Part shown: positions 62,500-64,000 of the stretch, piece by piece
Layout: each line of letters starts with the position of its first letter
Numbering within the stretch: the first letter of the stretch is position 1
From: an uncultured Chloroflexia bacterium
Lineage (GTDB): Bacteria; Chloroflexota; Anaerolineae; CG2-30-64-16
NCBI GenBank assembly: GCA_963810095.1
Contig: CAWEMM010000006.1
Location: 1,184,001-1,248,000 of the forward strand
DNA length: 64,000 bases
Reading direction: 5' to 3'
Made by a program: the position numbers and the translations under genes
The notes under the pieces: generated by a model
The model's input: the letters and a program-made list of their open reading frames with translations, nothing else
The model's database searches: none
What the model was told of the DNA's origin: nothing

Positions 62500-63309
62500 T
62501 TACTGCGCCTGCACCACGAAGTTGAACGTGCCCGTCTCCCCGTCTGCGTTCTTCTGCACTTCCATGATCAGCTGCGGACTGAAGATGTTGTCGCGGGCGT
62601 TCGCAGGCTCGTCGGGGAAGTACAACTGCGTCGTCAACGTCGGGCCGTTCGGCGGCGTGATCTTCACATGGATATGCCGGGTGCGTCCGGGATAGAGCCC
62701 GGGTGCGACCGTCTCCACCGTATAGCGTCCCTCTGCATCGGTCACCTGGTAGCCGCGCAGCGTGTAGCCCTGGTTGTCGTACTGCCCCTCGCTGTCGGCC
62801 TGCCAGAAGTCCACCCGCGCACCCGGAACGGGCCGGCACTGGGCGTCCAGCACGTACCCTGTAATGGTAAGCTTCGTCCCGCCCATCCCCGGCCGCAGCA
62901 GGTCCGACGACTCGGGCGGGTTCGTTTTGTAATACGGCCCTTCGGTCTGTTCTGGCGTCAGCGTGCCGGGCGTGCAGGCGATGGGAAGGGCAGTGGGCGC
63001 GGGCGGCAGCGTGGGTTCCGGAACGGTCGTCGCGGCCGGCTCGACGGTCGGCGCCGGCGTATCGTAGGCGACCGCAGACGCGGCGGGGTCAAGGGTCGCT
63101 GTCGGACGCGGTTCGTCGCGCGCCGGCGGCATGGCCGGCGCCGCAGTGGCATTCGGGTCCGGCGCCGGTGCGGCCTCGGTGGACCCGGGCGCTTGGGTCG
63201 CAGCGGGGGCTTCCGTGGGAACGGGAACCGTAGCGGTGGGCAGGGCCGTGCACGCCCCCAGCAGCACGACCACCGCCACCAGGCCGGCAAATCTCAACAC
63301 GCTCCGCAT
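62500..63309 (-). CDS. Intradiol ring-cleavage dioxygenase-like lipoprotein
   Basis: Lipobox LGAC, Pro/Thr/Ala linker, TEGPYY, WQAD..G.Y, PG.Y.GR..HIH, TQLYF. Confidence 0.82.
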   Translation of the reverse strand: MRSVLRFAGLVAVVVLLGACTALPTATVPVPTEAPAATQAPGSTEAAPAPDPNATAAPAMPPARDEPRPTATLDPAASAVAYDTPAPTVEPAATTVPEPTLPPAPTALPIACTPGTLTPEQTEGPYYKTNPPESSDLLRPGMGGTKLTITGYVLDAQCRPVPGARVDFWQADSEGQYDNQGYTLRGYQVTDAEGRYTVETVAPGLYPGRTRHIHVKITPPNGPTLTTQLYFPDEPANARDNIFSPQLIMEVQKNADGETGTFNFVVQAQ

Positions 63310-63586
63310 ACCACACCTCTCATAGTAGGATAACGATCGGGCGTGCGCCACAAACGGCAGCATTCGCCCGCCGTCTGCGCCACAAAACCTTCATCCTAGA
63401 TCGCGCATCCGAGCGCGCATGTCAGTGGCACGCGACCCAAGCCCGAGGCACAAGGTCGCGTTCCGGTTCGCCGCAGTCCGCCGGGCTACCCCGCTTTTAA
63501 ATTCACAACAGCGGTTGTCTTACAGCAGTCTTGCGGGTGCAGGGTCAGAATGCCACGACTGCCGCAATCCGTTATGGAGTGGGAAC

Positions 63587-64000
63587 ATGCGACGACTTCG
63601 TTTAATCCTGCCGGTTCTGGCGCTGCTTGTCCTGAGCGCCGTCCTGGCAGCGAATGCATACGCCAGCCCGGAAACGCTGGCAAACTCAGGGCCGAAGAAA
63701 CCGATTCCAACCGCAGGCTGCGTGCCCAGCGGATACCAACCTAAGAAGTGCCCTACGTTCACTCCGACGCCGACCAATACACCCACCAACACGCCGACGA
63801 ACACGCCGACGAGCACACCGACCAATACGCCGACGAATACCCCGACGGACACGCCGACGAACACGCCGACGAATACCCCGACGGACACGCCGACGAGCAC
63901 ACCGACCAATACGCCGACGAATACGCCGACGGACACGCCGACGAGCACGCCGACGAATACCCCGACGGACACGCCGACGAGCACGCCGACCAATACGCCG
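63587..64000 (+). CDS. Secreted protein with Pro/Thr repeat linker (runs off the window end)
   Basis: [26 protein letters not shown] signal followed by ([12 protein letters not shown])n; absent from the ORF track because no stop is reached. Confidence 0.75.
   Translation, partial: MRRLRLILPVLALLVLSAVLAANAYASPETLANSGPKKPIPTAGCVPSGYQPKKCPTFTPTPTNTPTNTPTNTPTSTPTNTPTNTPTDTPTNTPTNTPTDTPTSTPTNTPTNTPTDTPTSTPTNTPTDTPTSTPTNTP
63760..64000 (+). repeat. 12-nt coding tandem repeat (ACGCCGACGAAY-type)
   Basis: About 20 units encoding T-P-T-[N/S/D]. Confidence 0.85.

Noticed and set aside
63520-63993. Minus-strand (VGV)n ORF, or a CRISPR-like array
   Set aside because: It is the antisense of the 12-nt coding repeat for a Thr/Pro linker; there are no unique spacers.

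Overview
High-GC bacterial chromosome segment; gene content and repeat families suggest Chloroflexota (Anaerolineae/Caldilineae-like), which is an inference. Many conserved genes carry single-base frameshifts, most likely long-read indel errors, so CDS boundaries below were stitched by hand. In order: two cobalamin-dependent radical SAM genes; cell-envelope genes (GIN-domain lipoprotein, M1 peptidase, LysM protein, a small curlin-like secreted protein); a split gatCA...gatB region; an ABC-F ATPase under a leader-peptide attenuator; pgl, an aldo/keto reductase and pgi; a 15.5-kb sugar locus; a purine/nucleoside salvage cluster with a BMP-type ABC transporter; and a large Lhr helicase. The standout is the sugar locus (30318-45787). 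It interleaves L-rhamnose isomerase, mutarotase and kinase and a sugar ABC importer with a corrinoid protein, three UroD/MtaA-fold methyltransferase-like genes and two DeoR/sugar-binding fusion regulators. It is a candidate pathway for anaerobic B12-dependent O-demethylation of methylated deoxysugars. At least three REP/MITE-like repeat families are present, one inserted inside the lhr coding sequence. No rRNA, tRNA, CRISPR array or transposase was recognised.
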